Below are positions 49,966 to 62,800 of a DNA stretch of 64,000 bases, piece by piece. This DNA comes from Callorhinchus milii (Eukaryota), in assembly GCF_018977255.1 (NCBI RefSeq), contig NW_024704742.1, positions 110,982,001 to 111,046,000 on the forward strand, given 5' to 3'. Made by a program: the position numbers and the translations under genes. The notes beneath the pieces were generated by a model, which ran no database searches, was not told the DNA's origin, and saw only the letters and a list, made by a program, of their open reading frames with translations. Every line of letters starts with the position of its first letter. Position 1 is the first letter of the stretch.

Positions 49966-50524
49966 TGTCTGAACATCTATATGAAGCACTGGAACAGAGA
50001 AAACTATTCTGCACCATCAGTTACAGCATCAGTTTCAAAGCCAAACAAGCAGCTGTTGATTGTGCATCAAATTTAGATTTTTAGCTGAGGTGCAAAGGAG
50101 CTTTCAGTTGGATTAAATGGTTATAAATAAGAGCTTCTCATTATGGGAGTCATAACAAACACATGCAGATACAAATCTCACATTCAGTTGCAGGTCAGAT
50201 ACAATCTTCTGTTGGTTTATTTTTGATCTATGGTATTGCTGGCTACACTCCTCCTCAATAGGTATCCAGAAGGCTTTTCAGACTGGACAAATTTTCTACA
50301 GTTGTCCAACTGCTCAGATCCAAATATTTTGTAAACAAAATTATATTGAATTTCAACTGCAGGCAAAAATGCACCAAGGGTTCAGCAGCCCCTCATTCAG
50401 ACACGACTGGATTATATCTTCAGATAGCTCTGAAGCTTTGTTAGCATTCAGAAGCAAGGATGACCAAATCAATTTGCCTTTGACCTTTTTCTTTGATTTC
50501 TTTTTTCACCACCACTTCTTCTCG

Positions 50525-50836
50525 CTAATTTTCTCCCCTTCCCCATTGCTTAAGATATTTTTTCTTCTGTTGGATACAGCTTCACAGATGGCAGTAACCC
50601 TCCATACCTCCAGATTGACCACTGTTCATTTCTGACCTTAGTGAGCCTGGTCAGCTATTTCATCTGTGGGAGCATCAAAGCCAAGCCCAATGCTCTCATC
50701 ACCCAATTACCACACACATGCACCCTCCAGGAGGTCACTCTTTTATGATCAGGACCAGAACCTCAGCTGACCGCCCCCTCCCACTAGCCAAAATGAGTTG
50801 AAGCTGATTGTAGTATCCCAATTAGCTTCAACTAAC
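50525..50836 (-). mobile_element. LF-SINE-like relic, intronic
   Basis: TCAGCTGAGGTTCTGGTCCTGATC...AGTGACCTCCTGGAGGGTGCATGTGTGTG...GGGCTTGGCTTTGATGCTCCCACAG...GGGGAGAAAATT on the minus strand. Confidence 0.68.
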
Positions 50837-51202
50837 ATAATAATAATCCTTGCATTTGATTATCATGTCTTTGAGACAACTCACCCACAAAATATACTGT
50901 AAAGTGAATTGACTGTATATTTTGTGGGTGAAACACCGCATCCAATTGCACACAGTAGTATCTCACAAACAGTCGTGAATTGAGTGACCAATTTATTATT
51001 ATTTTAGTAATTTATTTATTTGAAGGAATTATTACCCTCGGAAAAGCAATCTGCCAATCGACTAACAATTGTGTTCCTACTCACTGCTAGGTAAACAGAG
51101 GCATGTGATGTAAGGAAACTTGCCCAATGTTTCACCCTGCCGGGAACTGAACCCAGGTCTCTCGCTTGCGAGGTGAATGCTCTAACCACTGAGCTACAGG
51201 AC
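50837..51202 (-). mobile_element. tRNA-Ala SINE, long form, intronic, interrupting an LF-SINE relic
   Basis: Reverse complement of the long form, with small deletions in the tail. Confidence 0.82.
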
Positions 51203-51724
51203 CTCACATAGCCCAGACATGGATTTTGATTCCTTTGTAAATAAGAAAGAACAATATCAGCAGGAAGTTTTGGTTGCCTTGCCAGAATGTAACACTGTCC
51301 AGTCAAACACTGACAGACAAGTGAACATGCTGTAAGGTCTACAGCATCCTGGTTTGGACAATCTCAAAGATGCAACTTTTATAGAAGAACGTTTTGCATA
51401 GACTCACCCAGAAGCGTACAAGATGTTCAAAACCAGAAGCGTTCTAGCTGGAAGTCAGACTGCAGACACACATTAATGAGGAAGCCAGCTGCCCTGTTTC
51501 TGCCCACTACATTCCCTCCCAAGTGCTGTGGTGTTAGTTTCCTATCACTGATGTTTACAGACATTTGAAAATTTCCAATTTCATAGGATCAGTTGCTTAA
51601 CCTTTGGCTGCACTTGTCGTAAATACAAATGACATGTGTGCTGCTGCAAAGTGTAAAGGAGCAAATCATTTTATTAATTTAGGGCCCCTCTTTATCTTTC
51701 TAATCCAATTTCTCTGCCTTTTTT

Positions 51725-52082
51725 CTACACCCTTTAAAACCCTAAGTTCCCCCTACCTCTACTGTTCCCTCTGCTCAGTGGACTCTGGCCTGCTTCACGT
51801 ACCCCGCCTTGCCCACTATACCACTGGTGGGCGGGCCTTCAGCCACTCTGCCCACAAACTCTGAAACTCCATTCTGCAGTCCCTCCGCCTCTCTCCCTCC
51901 CTTGCCTCCTTCAAGACCCATCTCAAGACCCTCCTCTTCGACTGTGCTTTCAATCACCCTCCTTATCACACTGCCCTCCACCCTCCCTGATTCCGACCCC
52001 CAGCTCGGGTTCCGAAACACTGACTGTCCAAGGCAGTCTCCCATCGTAAAAGGTGCTATACAAATATAATTTTGTTGTTGTT
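51725..52082 (+). mobile_element. L2 3' fragment, intronic
   Basis: SGLLHVPRLAHYTTGGRAFSHSA; tail with (TTG)n. Confidence 0.82.
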
Positions 52083-52233
52083 CCCAATATTTATAATGAC
52101 ATTCTGGGTGAGAAACACCTCTTACAGTAAGTATAATGAGTTTAGAATGCAAACTTATCATAGAATTTTTCTGGATGGTGCTTTTTAATGTAGCATTCTG
52201 AGAATAGGGACGGGAAAGTCTTAATTGTCATTA

Positions 52234-52844
52234 TCTATACTAATAAAGACAAAATGTCTGTATCTGTCCACCAATAACGCAATAACTGATTAATGTTCAG
52301 ACATGATTTATATCTTATATCTTAACGGCCTTGCAAGCGAGAGTGTCATGGGCATATTTTGTTTGGGGATCGCCTATCATTGATATGATATCATTTACAT
52401 CATAAAAAATGTATTAAAATATGCTTTAAGCACCAAAAAAGTATACACGGTATTCTGCAACAGAGTAGTGACAAAAGTCATACAACTTTCTAGAGAGATA
52501 CATCTATACTAATAAAGATGAAATGTCTGTCTGTGTGTCTGTCCAACCGATTGACATAGAGGCCCCAACAGGAGTCCTCCCACAGGAGTGCTCCCACTGA
52601 GTCTTACCACTGAATCCTCTCAAGAGGATTCCTCCCACAGGAGTCCTCCCAAAAGGATACCTAAGTAAATATGTGAATGAGGAATGCTAATGAGTTCAAT
52701 AGCATGTTTTCTTAATCTTAAGGGATAAAGATGCCAAAGAAGTGAAGATCAAGCCTTTCAAGGACAAATAAAAATGCCCGACGAAAGAGAGAAGGACGAT
52801 TAAATGAAACTGGTTGCAAGTGTAGCTGCAACAGGTACATCTAG
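52234..52844 (+). mobile_element. Non-autonomous Helitron-like element, copy 2, in an ADGRV1 intron, with a second 5' terminus at 52503
   Basis: A|TCTATACTAATAAAG at both 52234 and 52503; internal GAGTCCTCCCACAG-type repeats at ~52565-52655; 3' end GGTTGCAAGTGTAGCTGCAACAGGTACATCTAG|T. Confidence 0.78.
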
Positions 52845-53649
52845 TTCATAAATAATTCTTAGCAATAGTAATAAAAAATGCAGAAAACAAATTAAATGAA
52901 CTCTAAATCAGCAGGATTTAATTAATAGAGAGAATAATGAATAATGTGCTTTTGTACAGTGAGCAATTTATGTAGTCTGAGGGAATTGAGCACACTTTGA
53001 CTGAACATTCTGTAGTTATACAGCATGTTGTGTCTATGTATTGTCTGCAAAAACACAGCACATTGTGTTGATGAGCAATCTGCAATGATATAACAAATTG
53101 TATTTGTGTACAATCTGCAATAATACAGGATTGTGTCTCTGTATATGAAAGAAGAAACCAGCTGAGCTGTATCGATGCTACGTTGGCAAACTAATGACTA
53201 TCCATCCCATTCCTGAAACATAGTGGTTACAGAAGGAAAACCAAACCAGAAGCCTGTAGTCCAGGTTCCACTCAAAAGCCCTTGAAAATCATACAGTATG
53301 ACTAGTAAGAAAGAAGCGGTGCTTGCTATCACAGACAAGAATATCACACTCACTGATTCATGCAGGCAATCAGGGCAATTTCTGCCACAACAAACCCAAT
53401 TCTTAGTATTGACTTTGACTGTGATTTAGACTATACTGGGAAAACAAAATATATTTCAAAGTGAATGCAACCCAGTGAACAATAGAAACTGACCACATCC
53501 CAGTATGGGAGAGTCCTAGATTGGCACTCTACCAATCCTATGATTCACATTCTGTACACATAGGACCAATCTAAACCCTGTACATTTTATCATTCTCCCC
53601 ATTTAGTCAGCAACAACTTTCATGTTTATAGCGGTGCTCTATTCAGCAG

Positions 53650-53872
53650 GTGCCTAAGATTCCTTGGTATATCCCTGGGTCTGCACTGAGTTTGCTGATC
53701 TCAGCAGGGCAGCAAATTGATATTGTTGGCCTGAGTTACGAAGGGATAAATTTAGCATGTGTTTTTCTGCTCCTGATTATTATTCAGCAACTCCCTTCTG
53801 AACGTCTGCTTGTCTGGACATTGGCTGAGGCGGGATTGGCTGTGATTCTGTTTCGGATGCATAGCTGCCAAA
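53650..53872 (+). mobile_element. LF-SINE-like relic, intronic (smaller pieces at ~14740-14835 + and ~16545-16680 -)
   Basis: ATCCCTGGGTCTGCACTGAGTTTGCTGATCTCAGCAGGGCAGC...GCTCCTGAT...GGATTGGCTGTGAT. Confidence 0.65.
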
Positions 53873-54119
53873 TAATTCATTTCAATGCACCGTTAATGCT
53901 CAGATATGAATAAACGCAACTTGCAGAAGCACAGAAAGGTGTCTGACAATTCTGGAACCATTTATCAGCAGAAGAAAAAATGAATTCATATGTTTCTGAG
54001 GGGAGTGGAGAGGACAAAAGTGAGAGACTCCAGTCAATAGCCCTTGAATCAAGTGATGAAACAAAAGGCACATTTTACCAAGTCTCGCTCTTTTTCTGAT
54101 TGAGTCAGAAGTGTTATAA

Positions 54120-54484
54120 CCACCACTCGCAAGCGAGAGGACCCGGGTTCAACTCCCAGGCATGACAAAACATTGGGCAAGTTTCCTTACTGCACACACC
54201 TCTATTTATATAGCAGTAAGTAGTAACATGGTTGTTAGTTGATTGGTGGATAGTTTTTCCGGGAGTAATATTCCCTTCAAAATAAATAATTAAATTACTA
54301 AAATAAGAATAATTTGCTCACTCAATCCACGACTGTTTGTAGGACAATGCTGTGTGCAATTGGCTGCTGCGTTTTGCCTACAAAATATGCAGTCAATTCA
54401 ATTTACAATATATTCTGTGAAGCGCTTTGTGACGTCCGAAAGACATGATAAAGCACTATATCAAATGCAAGGATTATTATTATC
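54120..54484 (+). mobile_element. tRNA-Ala SINE, long form, slightly 5'-truncated, intronic
   Basis: Runs from the anticodon arm and B box to (ATT)n and includes the 65-bp segment. Confidence 0.82.
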
Positions 54485-54974
54485 TATATGAACATATGTC
54501 TGGGTTGGCAACTGTTTTGTTTTTGGTGGGGATGTCACTGATGGCAAACAACAGGACAATGACCCCTTAATTATATGCTGAAATTTCATGAAGTGTCACT
54601 CAAATGACTTGACAATGACATCCCTACAGTTTCAGCATTAACAAAAGCATGTGCTGAAATCTTTCAGCTGGCTTCAAGCCTGACCTTCATGCCAAACTGA
54701 GGAAGCTGAGGGTTTCACTCCTGTAGCCAAGTGATAATTATCGACTAGTTTGTCTGCAATTTTGGTCTATGATAATTATATCCCTTGCAATATTCAACCC
54801 TAATTTTCTTGACAACAAAAGGAGGTATTTTTGAAAATTCACAGCCAAGGTAAATGTTCTCTTTGTTTTTTTACCACTTAACCTATTTTTGTTTCACCAC
54901 CAGTATACTTCTTACTAACAAGGACATTCACACATACACACTTTCAACAAAATACATGTCCTCAAAAGAAACAG

Positions 54975-55236
54975 GATTACAATTTCATTATAGTCAGTCT
55001 TGACTGGGAGAGTGCTTCTTGAAAGCGAGTAGTAAACTTATGGAACAGGCTCCCTAGGGAGACAGTGGAAGTAGAAAATGTCATTTGTTTCAAGAACAAA
55101 TTAGATAGATGTCTGCAAGAAAATAATATCTCAGAATACAGTATATAGTTTGGGATACAACATGTCAAGTGACTGCCGGTGGAAGGCGAACTAGATGGAC
55201 CTTGGTCTTCTTTCGCCTAGCAAATTCTTATGTTCT
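54975..55236 (+). mobile_element. Old CR1 3' end directly beside an ADGRV1 splice donor (other old CR1 relics at ~33610-33960 -, ~49230-49470 +, ~15080-15200 -, ~56700-56770 -)
   Basis: RVVNLWNRLP-like coding remnant, CR1 UTR and TTCTTATGTTCT tail. Confidence 0.7.
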
Positions 55237-55248
55237 GATTGATATTAC

Positions 55249-55440
55249 CTCCTCCATTGCAGCAATTAGGTTCTGTGTAGATTTGCTGATCTCTCCTCCC
55301 ACTGATGGAGTCCCACTGCCATGTGTGAGATAGGTTGCTCCTGGAGCTGGATGTCCATTCATTTCCACAGTATAACTGGCTTTCACTGGCCAGCAGAGCT
55401 GGTTGTGCAAGACAAAATACACCACAAAAACATAGAGGCC
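55249..55440 (-). CDS. ADGRV1: ADGRV1 coding exon, third from last (end of TM7 and start of the intracellular tail), 192 bp
   Basis: [64 protein letters not shown]. Acceptor tttttcag|GGC, donor GAG|gtaata; phase 0/0 fits both neighbours. Confidence 0.96.
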
Positions 55441-56997
55441 CTGAAAAATAGCAGAGAAAAGAGATTAGTCCAACTAAACAACACATTCATTCTCATCTCT
55501 GAGACAGAAGGTTGTGGGTTCAAGACCCACTTTGAGATTTTCAATTCACAATCTAGGCTGTCACTTCAATCCAGTGCAGGGGGATTATACTGGAATCTGA
55601 ATTAGATTAATGTTACCAGGAAAGTAGAATGCTATACTGTTATAATACCTCTGTAACCTGGAGGCATACTGTATTCAGGGAACAGCAAAAATTGATAGTT
55701 ACAGGTTGACCAAGCATCCTTGGCACATATTACACTGGGCCAGAAGCAACCCAAGCTCAACCTGTATCAGAACAAGAATGAACCTGGACAAATATTGCAG
55801 AGAAACAGACACACGTCACTAATATCCAGGGGAACTTGTCTACAATTCTACAATTCCACATTCTCAGCATATGAGAATTATCCAAGTTTTCTTCCTTTGT
55901 GTTTTGATTCAAAGTTTTAACATCACTTGTCACTCAGCCCATGGTGATATACTCAGTTAATGAGTATCCATCCTTTCTTTTTCTTTAATCTTTGTACATC
56001 ATTCGGATAGTTAACCCAAAGCATTCTGAATGATCAGTACTTTTATACAAGAAAGTATCTTTCAAGCACATTTGTCAAGAGCTGAGGTTAAGAAAATAAG
56101 AACAAATTTGGTTTAAAAATCTTGTGGAATCGAGTGATTGACAGTGTTTACTCATATTTAGCACATATTCATGTAAGAAGTATTGTAGACTCCAGCCTGG
56201 GACTTTTGGAAGGCAGAACTAATGTCTTTGAGTAAAAATTGTTAAGAATTTGCTTTTATGTCAAAAAGACCCATTGTATTTAAAATTTGTCCCTGCTTTG
56301 TGTAGACACACTGCCTTCATTGATGAGTACTGTATTTGCTAATTTATTTTTTATTTGTAACATGGTTACATTTTGCGATGTTAACAAAGAAGATGCTTCT
56401 TTAATCAGTTCAAGAATAAAACATCTGTCGTAACACAAAACAAGGCTTCAAAATAGAGAGAACAAACAAATTAGGTCTTTTAACATCTAATATTACATAC
56501 AGCATACACTGGCATACTGTAACCTCTTATAATGCTATTGGGCAGTGGACCAACATTTTAATACCAGGAAATTGAAATGACATCATCTCGCATCCAATTG
56601 CATCTTCTGTCAGTTAGTCATGAGTACTGAAACTAAAGGACACTCCACTTTGTGTGTACGACTTTGTGTGGACAAGACCATACCCTTATAAGATCACATA
56701 AGATAACAAGAAAGGTTCAGATGAAACAAGCCCTTTGGCCCATTTGATCTCATCCTTCAAAAATACCCACCCTCACATTTGATATAGTGCATTATCACAT
56801 CATTGAAATGCCTCAAAGTACTTCACAGATTTACTGTACGTTTTAGTGACTATGTATTTGTAGGTTATAGGAAACTGATCTGTACCACTGGCAATTGTTC
56901 CCTTGGCTGTTAACTATAAATGGAAAAGAACGGTCAACCCAACAGAGAAATGTTTTGAAGTGGGTTGCTGGTACTAAGTTTGCCTATTCTGTGATGA

Positions 56998-57175
56998 ATA
57001 ATAATGCTAATAATAATAATAACCCTTACATTTGATACAGTGCCTTATCATGTCTTCAAGATGTCTCAAATTGCTTCACAGAATATACTGTAAAGTGTAG
57101 TGACTGTGTATTTTGTGGGAGAAACACGGCAGCCAATTGCGCACAGTAGTGTCCCACAAACAGACCTGGATTGAG
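56998..57175 (-). mobile_element. SINE 3' fragment (similar fragments at ~32064-32170 -, ~46580-46717 +, ~60397-60500 -)
   Basis: Deu core and/or tail with (ATT)n. Confidence 0.7.
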
Positions 57176-58810
57176 AAATGAAATGAAACCAGATTCCAAA
57201 TAATTATTATTAAGAATTATTATGACTAAGAATAATTAGGGTGAATGGTGGGTGGAGAGTTAAGTGGTAAAGTACTCACCTGGTTTTGGGGAATCACAAT
57301 CCCATTTCTATTTTATTATTACGTCTGTTTTGGCCAAACTTTTAATGCCGGAGTAGAAACAAAGTGTTCTCTTCTCTGTGCATGGTAAAGGTTAAAATAT
57401 TTATCCCCAGAAAATATTTATCCCCAGAAAAAATCAAATGTTGCAACAGCCTTTTGGGACTTTTTCCAGTCATAAGCACTTTTTCAAAAGAGTTTTACAG
57501 AGTTTTAGGGAAACAATTGGCCTTCTGTAGTTGTTTGTGTCCAACATCTTAAATTCCTCCTGGGCGTTTATCCATATAAGGAGCCTTACAGTCAAAAACA
57601 AAATGCCAAAGTGCCAAGATCAGATTTTCTCACCAACATGTTCCCTTTCAGCCTAAAGAGATCCTGCTGGCATCATCCACCCAGCATGTTTACCACACAG
57701 CATGCGGTCAAGGATCATACTTATGAATATTACAATCATATAAGTTCAGACACATTGGTCACTGACAAAAGTTCAATTCCATAGGTCACATAGTGAGTTC
57801 AAAGAATTCTCTTGAGTAAGTGTCTGAAAGGACAATGTACTTTGTAGTTGTGGCTATTGCAGTGCTGTATCATGCAGGTTTGCTCACGCGGAACTGAGTT
57901 AACAATAACCATGTGTGTGGAACTGGAGCAGCAATCACCAGCAAAGACTATATGTGCCGGCACCACAGAAAAAACAGTTTGAAAATTATTATATTTATAT
58001 TTTTGCTTTCTGTACTCCCAACTCTAATGTTATTCGTCATTCTGAAGACATAGTGAATAGGGGATCAATAAGTGCCCAGTAGGAACGTAAGATTTATAGC
58101 ATCCATAACACACTACCATGGTTTGTCTCCATATCTCTTCAGCATTTCTAAATGTTTGTCTATTCATGCCTTTCCCTGAAGTCTGAGCTGAGATTAGCAG
58201 CAATTGTATGGAGAGGTGAGAGAGCATGGAACACTGATACACTGCACTGTTCTTGGAATACAGCATCAACATATAAACAGACTAAAGTTAGGTAACAGAG
58301 CACACTTCATCTCACTGCATCAGGATCGCCACAATTAAAAGTCCATACAATATGGGAGAATCCAAGCTTTTGGTACATCTTTTCTCAAACAGAGGGAAGG
58401 GAAAATCAGAACTCACGTCACCCAGATTTCTCCTGTACATCTAAGAGTGACTTTGGAGTCTGTCATGGGCTGACTGTAAAAAATAGCAACCTTAGTCCAT
58501 TGCAGCTTTATAATGGAATCACCCATTTACAAAACGGTCAGTTCTTAATTATGGTTCTATAATAGACATCATCCATAGATTTTCCATTAACTAAAAGGTC
58601 ACCAGTTTTCATACATTCATTTTCCCATTATTTTACTTGCCTATTATCAATGGGTAATATTCATTTGATGGTTGGATTGTCTCTGATCAACTACAGAAGT
58701 GTTTCATTCTATGACAATGCAGTGCCCAAGAATAACTTCAGTTGGATGATTTATTGGTATTGTATCCTGTTATTACATGGTTCTGCTGAGCAGGTGTTCA
58801 TCACACTTAC

Positions 58811-58932
58811 CTGAAAACTATTAAAGATGACAAAAAGGATCAGCATCCAGAGGTGTCCATAGGCCATGTGCAAACCTCCCCAAAGCCACGTCAGTGAAAT
58901 CAGAGCGAACAGGTACAGCACGAGGGGAACCT
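58811..58932 (-). CDS. ADGRV1: ADGRV1 coding exon, fourth from last (TM6 to start of TM7), 122 bp
   Basis: Translates (E)[40 protein letters not shown], which I recognise as near-identical to the ADGRV1 7TM region. Acceptor tttacag|AG, donor CAG|gtaagt. Confidence 0.96.
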
Positions 58933-59578
58933 CTGTAAACCAGGAAAGAAAGTCTAACTGAAGAACATGCATACTTTAGGTGAGAAACATCATTCTCCCT
59001 AATGTTTGATTTACCTAATAATTTTATTTGGTTACTTGTATCAAACTGTTTTAGTTTACAGTCAATGTTATCCCAAAATAATCTCTAATGATTTTAATCT
59101 ATTTTATTTTCCTCTTTAGGGCTTCCATGTCTATTAGCCAGCTGAGATGAAAGTGGGCATAGAAACATGGGTAGAGCATTCAACCTTGTAAGCCTGTGGT
59201 ATATATGAATAGGGAAAACTTGTTTTGTTCCAATCTTTCCAACTTTGTAAAAAAAATTGCATAATATATCTTTCCCTATCACAAACTCACACGTGGGCAG
59301 TAGCTGGCTTCAGCCTGCACCCAAGCACTCTACATTATAACACCAAAACACTCTACACCAGCCCAATCACTGTTACTGAACTCCAGTATGGAAGTATTAA
59401 CTTGTGTTTGGCCTATTCAGCAGCACTTTAAACCAAACCAAATCTGTATTTTTTTTCACAGTGTCTAGCTCCTTGATAACATTTCTTTGATCTTTGGTAC
59501 TTCAATTAATTTTCTCCACAAAAACAAATGGAATTTCTAGCAGTTGAGACCAATTACAAGAGAAAGGTGAACAAATCA

Positions 59579-59890
59579 GGAGTCCTGTAGCTCAGTGGTA
59601 GAGCAATCGCCTCGCAAGCGAGAGACCTAGGTTCAATTCCCAGCAAGGCGAAACCTTGGGCAAGTTTCCTTACTCCACGCCTGAAATAATCTCTCAAGAA
59701 AAAAACAATAATAAAATTGGTCACTTCAATCCACGACTGTTTGTGGGACACTGCTATGCGCAATTGGCTACTGTGTTTCACCCGCAATATACAGTCAATT
59801 CACTTTACATTATATTCTGTGAAGTGCTTTGAGACGTCCAGAAGATGTGAAAAGCGCTATATCAAATGCAAGGATTAATATTATTATTAT
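59579..59890 (+). mobile_element. tRNA-Ala SINE, short form, intronic
   Basis: Full head (CGC anticodon-equivalent) to (ATT)n. Confidence 0.85.
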
Positions 59891-62800
59891 AAAAAATCCA
59901 ATTTTCTGCCGTAACCAAACAGGCAGTAGAATAAGGCAGAGGTCCATTTGTCTGACATTAAGTCCAGGACAGGAATTGAACTGGTATTAACGAAGACCAG
60001 AGTCAAGGATATAAGTAGTGCTCATTATTACATATTTTTTATGGCATGGAAACATGAAATCAGAAGAAGCCACTTGGGGAAGGAGAAGTATCTTCCTCCA
60101 CCAACGATGTACAATCTACCCTGTCATGAAGTCTGCCCTTATGCTAGAAAATAATGTTAAAAACCTTCAGAAGATTTGTTTGATTGTATATCTGTACTAA
60201 TCAACTGAAATTCTTCGGATGGGATTCCTCTGCAGAAACATACACATATTACTTGGTCATCTTAGTTTCTATCTACAAAAACATGCATTTATACATCACA
60301 TGCGGAAGTATCTCAGAGCCTGAATACCTACAGTATCTCTATAGCCTTCCATTCTATTCCTAACCTGACAGATCAGCTCAGTAACTTCTTGTTAAGAATA
60401 ATAATAATCCTTGCATTTGATATAGCGCCTTATTACGTCTTCAAGACATCTCAAAGCGCTTCACCGAATATACTGTAAAGTGAATTGACTGTATATTTTC
60501 ATGTAGAGTCTAATGTCTTTCAAATACTGTATATTCCAATACAGTATTTCATTAACCTTGTTAGCAACATCGAACTGCAAACCTAAAAATTATCACATCC
60601 TTGGCTAATTGACAACCTCTCATTGTGTACTCACTTTGATGTTTCTTACAACAATAGCTTGTATCATTTATTTATCCACATTAAAATTCCTTTAACCCTC
60701 TTTCTGAAGCTATTTGTTGGGATCATTAACTAGAGTTCATCTTGTCAATATTTGTGATCTTTTTAAGCCTGATTTCTCTATCCCACTTCACATTGTTGCA
60801 ATTGGTCATGTACTGAACACTGAAATGAGAGGGGTAGGTTTCAGTTTTATATAGCGAGTTGAACATTCGGCTCTTTCATAACATTAAAAATGGTACACTA
60901 TAACTTCTAGGATAACTGAATCTTTCATCTAAAAACTTTTAAGTGACTACAGGAGAGCAGGCACAGCTTGATCTGCACTCATTGCATTATACTGCAGCAT
61001 GTGTAAATATCACATCACCATTTCTTGCTGAAAGGTTGATGTTCCAGCACCATTTCCCCCTATTTATACTGAACATCGGCAGCAAATTGCTCCCAACATT
61101 GAGCAGGTTTGCCACCAAAGGAGCAGTGTAAATGACTATACTGCATTTTTAACTTGTCCAGACAATTTGTTTTAACAAAAAGTTTTGCAGCAGTACCATT
61201 CTTAGATCAAAGTACCACTATCTGTTTTAAGATTTCAGTGGCGCTTCCTCCAGCATAAGCATTCTTGGATGAGTAAAATCGTTGATGGTAGTAGCACCAT
61301 CAGGAAGAGCCATTGGAGGCAATTTTATTTGTGTCCTCGACATCTGAACCCAGTCAGGAAGATTAGTGAATCAAAGAGAACAGTTGTTTCATTTTGCAAT
61401 GCTTTTCATTTGATAAAGGTTAGACCATTCAATCCAAAACTACTGCATTACAAGGTTTTTAGTGTTGGCAGGTTCCGTAAACCTATCAGCAACTCCTGAA
61501 AAGCTATTTTGCTTTAAAAATTGAGTTGTCCTTGCCCTACACTGAGTACATTTGGTTTCCAGTTTACGTATCTCAAGATACTAGAAGCAGTCGGATCCGG
61601 CTCAAATCAGCTGTTCTTTTTTGTTCAATTTGACCCACTGCTTTTTGTTTTAAGTACAGAGGGGTTACTTTCCTCTCTCCCGAACAATATCTCTAGACCT
61701 TGGACTTGACGAGAATTTCGGCATTGTATTCAAATTGAATTTGAAATAACACTTCTTGTTTGGTCGTGCAATATGATTCAAAGCATTCCCGAGGATGAAT
61801 GTGTATGTTTCCTGGCACCTAGGTGAGAACTATACTATTCAGAATCCTGGATCATTGGTTCTTCAATTGAATGTCAACAAGACTCAAGCTCTCGTCAGCG
61901 CCTCTGCACCTCAGCCACTGACAACATCGACCTGCATGGATACTCATTCCACCTCACCCCAACTATGAGGTGCAGAACCCAAACTGTTTCAAGCCTTATA
62001 TCTGTCACTTGCTCAGCTTTCCCCCACTTCTGCAATATTGTTCACCACAAACACTACCTCTCCTCCCAGTTTGCCAAGACCCTCATTTGAGACCAAAGGG
62101 AGGGTAATGAGAAAAGAACATTTTCATTTTTAAACAAATGTTTGGCAGAAGTGGTTGTATGAAAAATTGGGAAGATGTTCAAATGTTTGGATGCAAACAT
62201 GTAAGATAGTTCACATCTGAACGTTAATCTCCATGTATAACCATTTTTCAACAGTCTGTCTCTCCAAACTCAGATATTTTTTCAATAAACTATGAATCTG
62301 AAAAGCACAAAAGGTTCAAAACCATTCAATATCTGTTCTGCACAATTATATCTTGTGAATTTTGTTTGTTCATTTGGTGAAAGAATTTCATTATAAGGCT
62401 CTTAAAATTTGGCCTGCTAACATTTAATTTTCCACTGCTCTTTTATGCTCCGTTCACTGCTGTTTGATTTACTTTTGTTTGAATAGTGAGTGTTGATGAG
62501 TGGGAATATCTGGGAGAAGTGAATGACCCAGAATAAGAGGAAACTCAGTAATTACACATTTATACATGTGCTTACAGATATGCATATTGTGCATCTCCCA
62601 TATATATATATATATGTGTGTACACATAGATAGTCACACATGCCATGCACGCATGGACATGGACTTGCAGAGTAGAAATGGAATTGGTTGAATTGTTGTA
62701 ACAAGTAACATTAAATAAACTGTCAAACCAGTGGTATCAGTCAACACTCAGAAAACAAACAGAACTAGAAGGATATCAAACACATTTCTATCCTTTGCAA

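Noticed and set aside
61225..61500. Open minus-strand stretch considered as a further upstream ADGRV1 exon
   Set aside because: The translation does not resemble the expected TM5/ICL3 sequence and lacks compatible splice sites. The next exon probably lies beyond the window.
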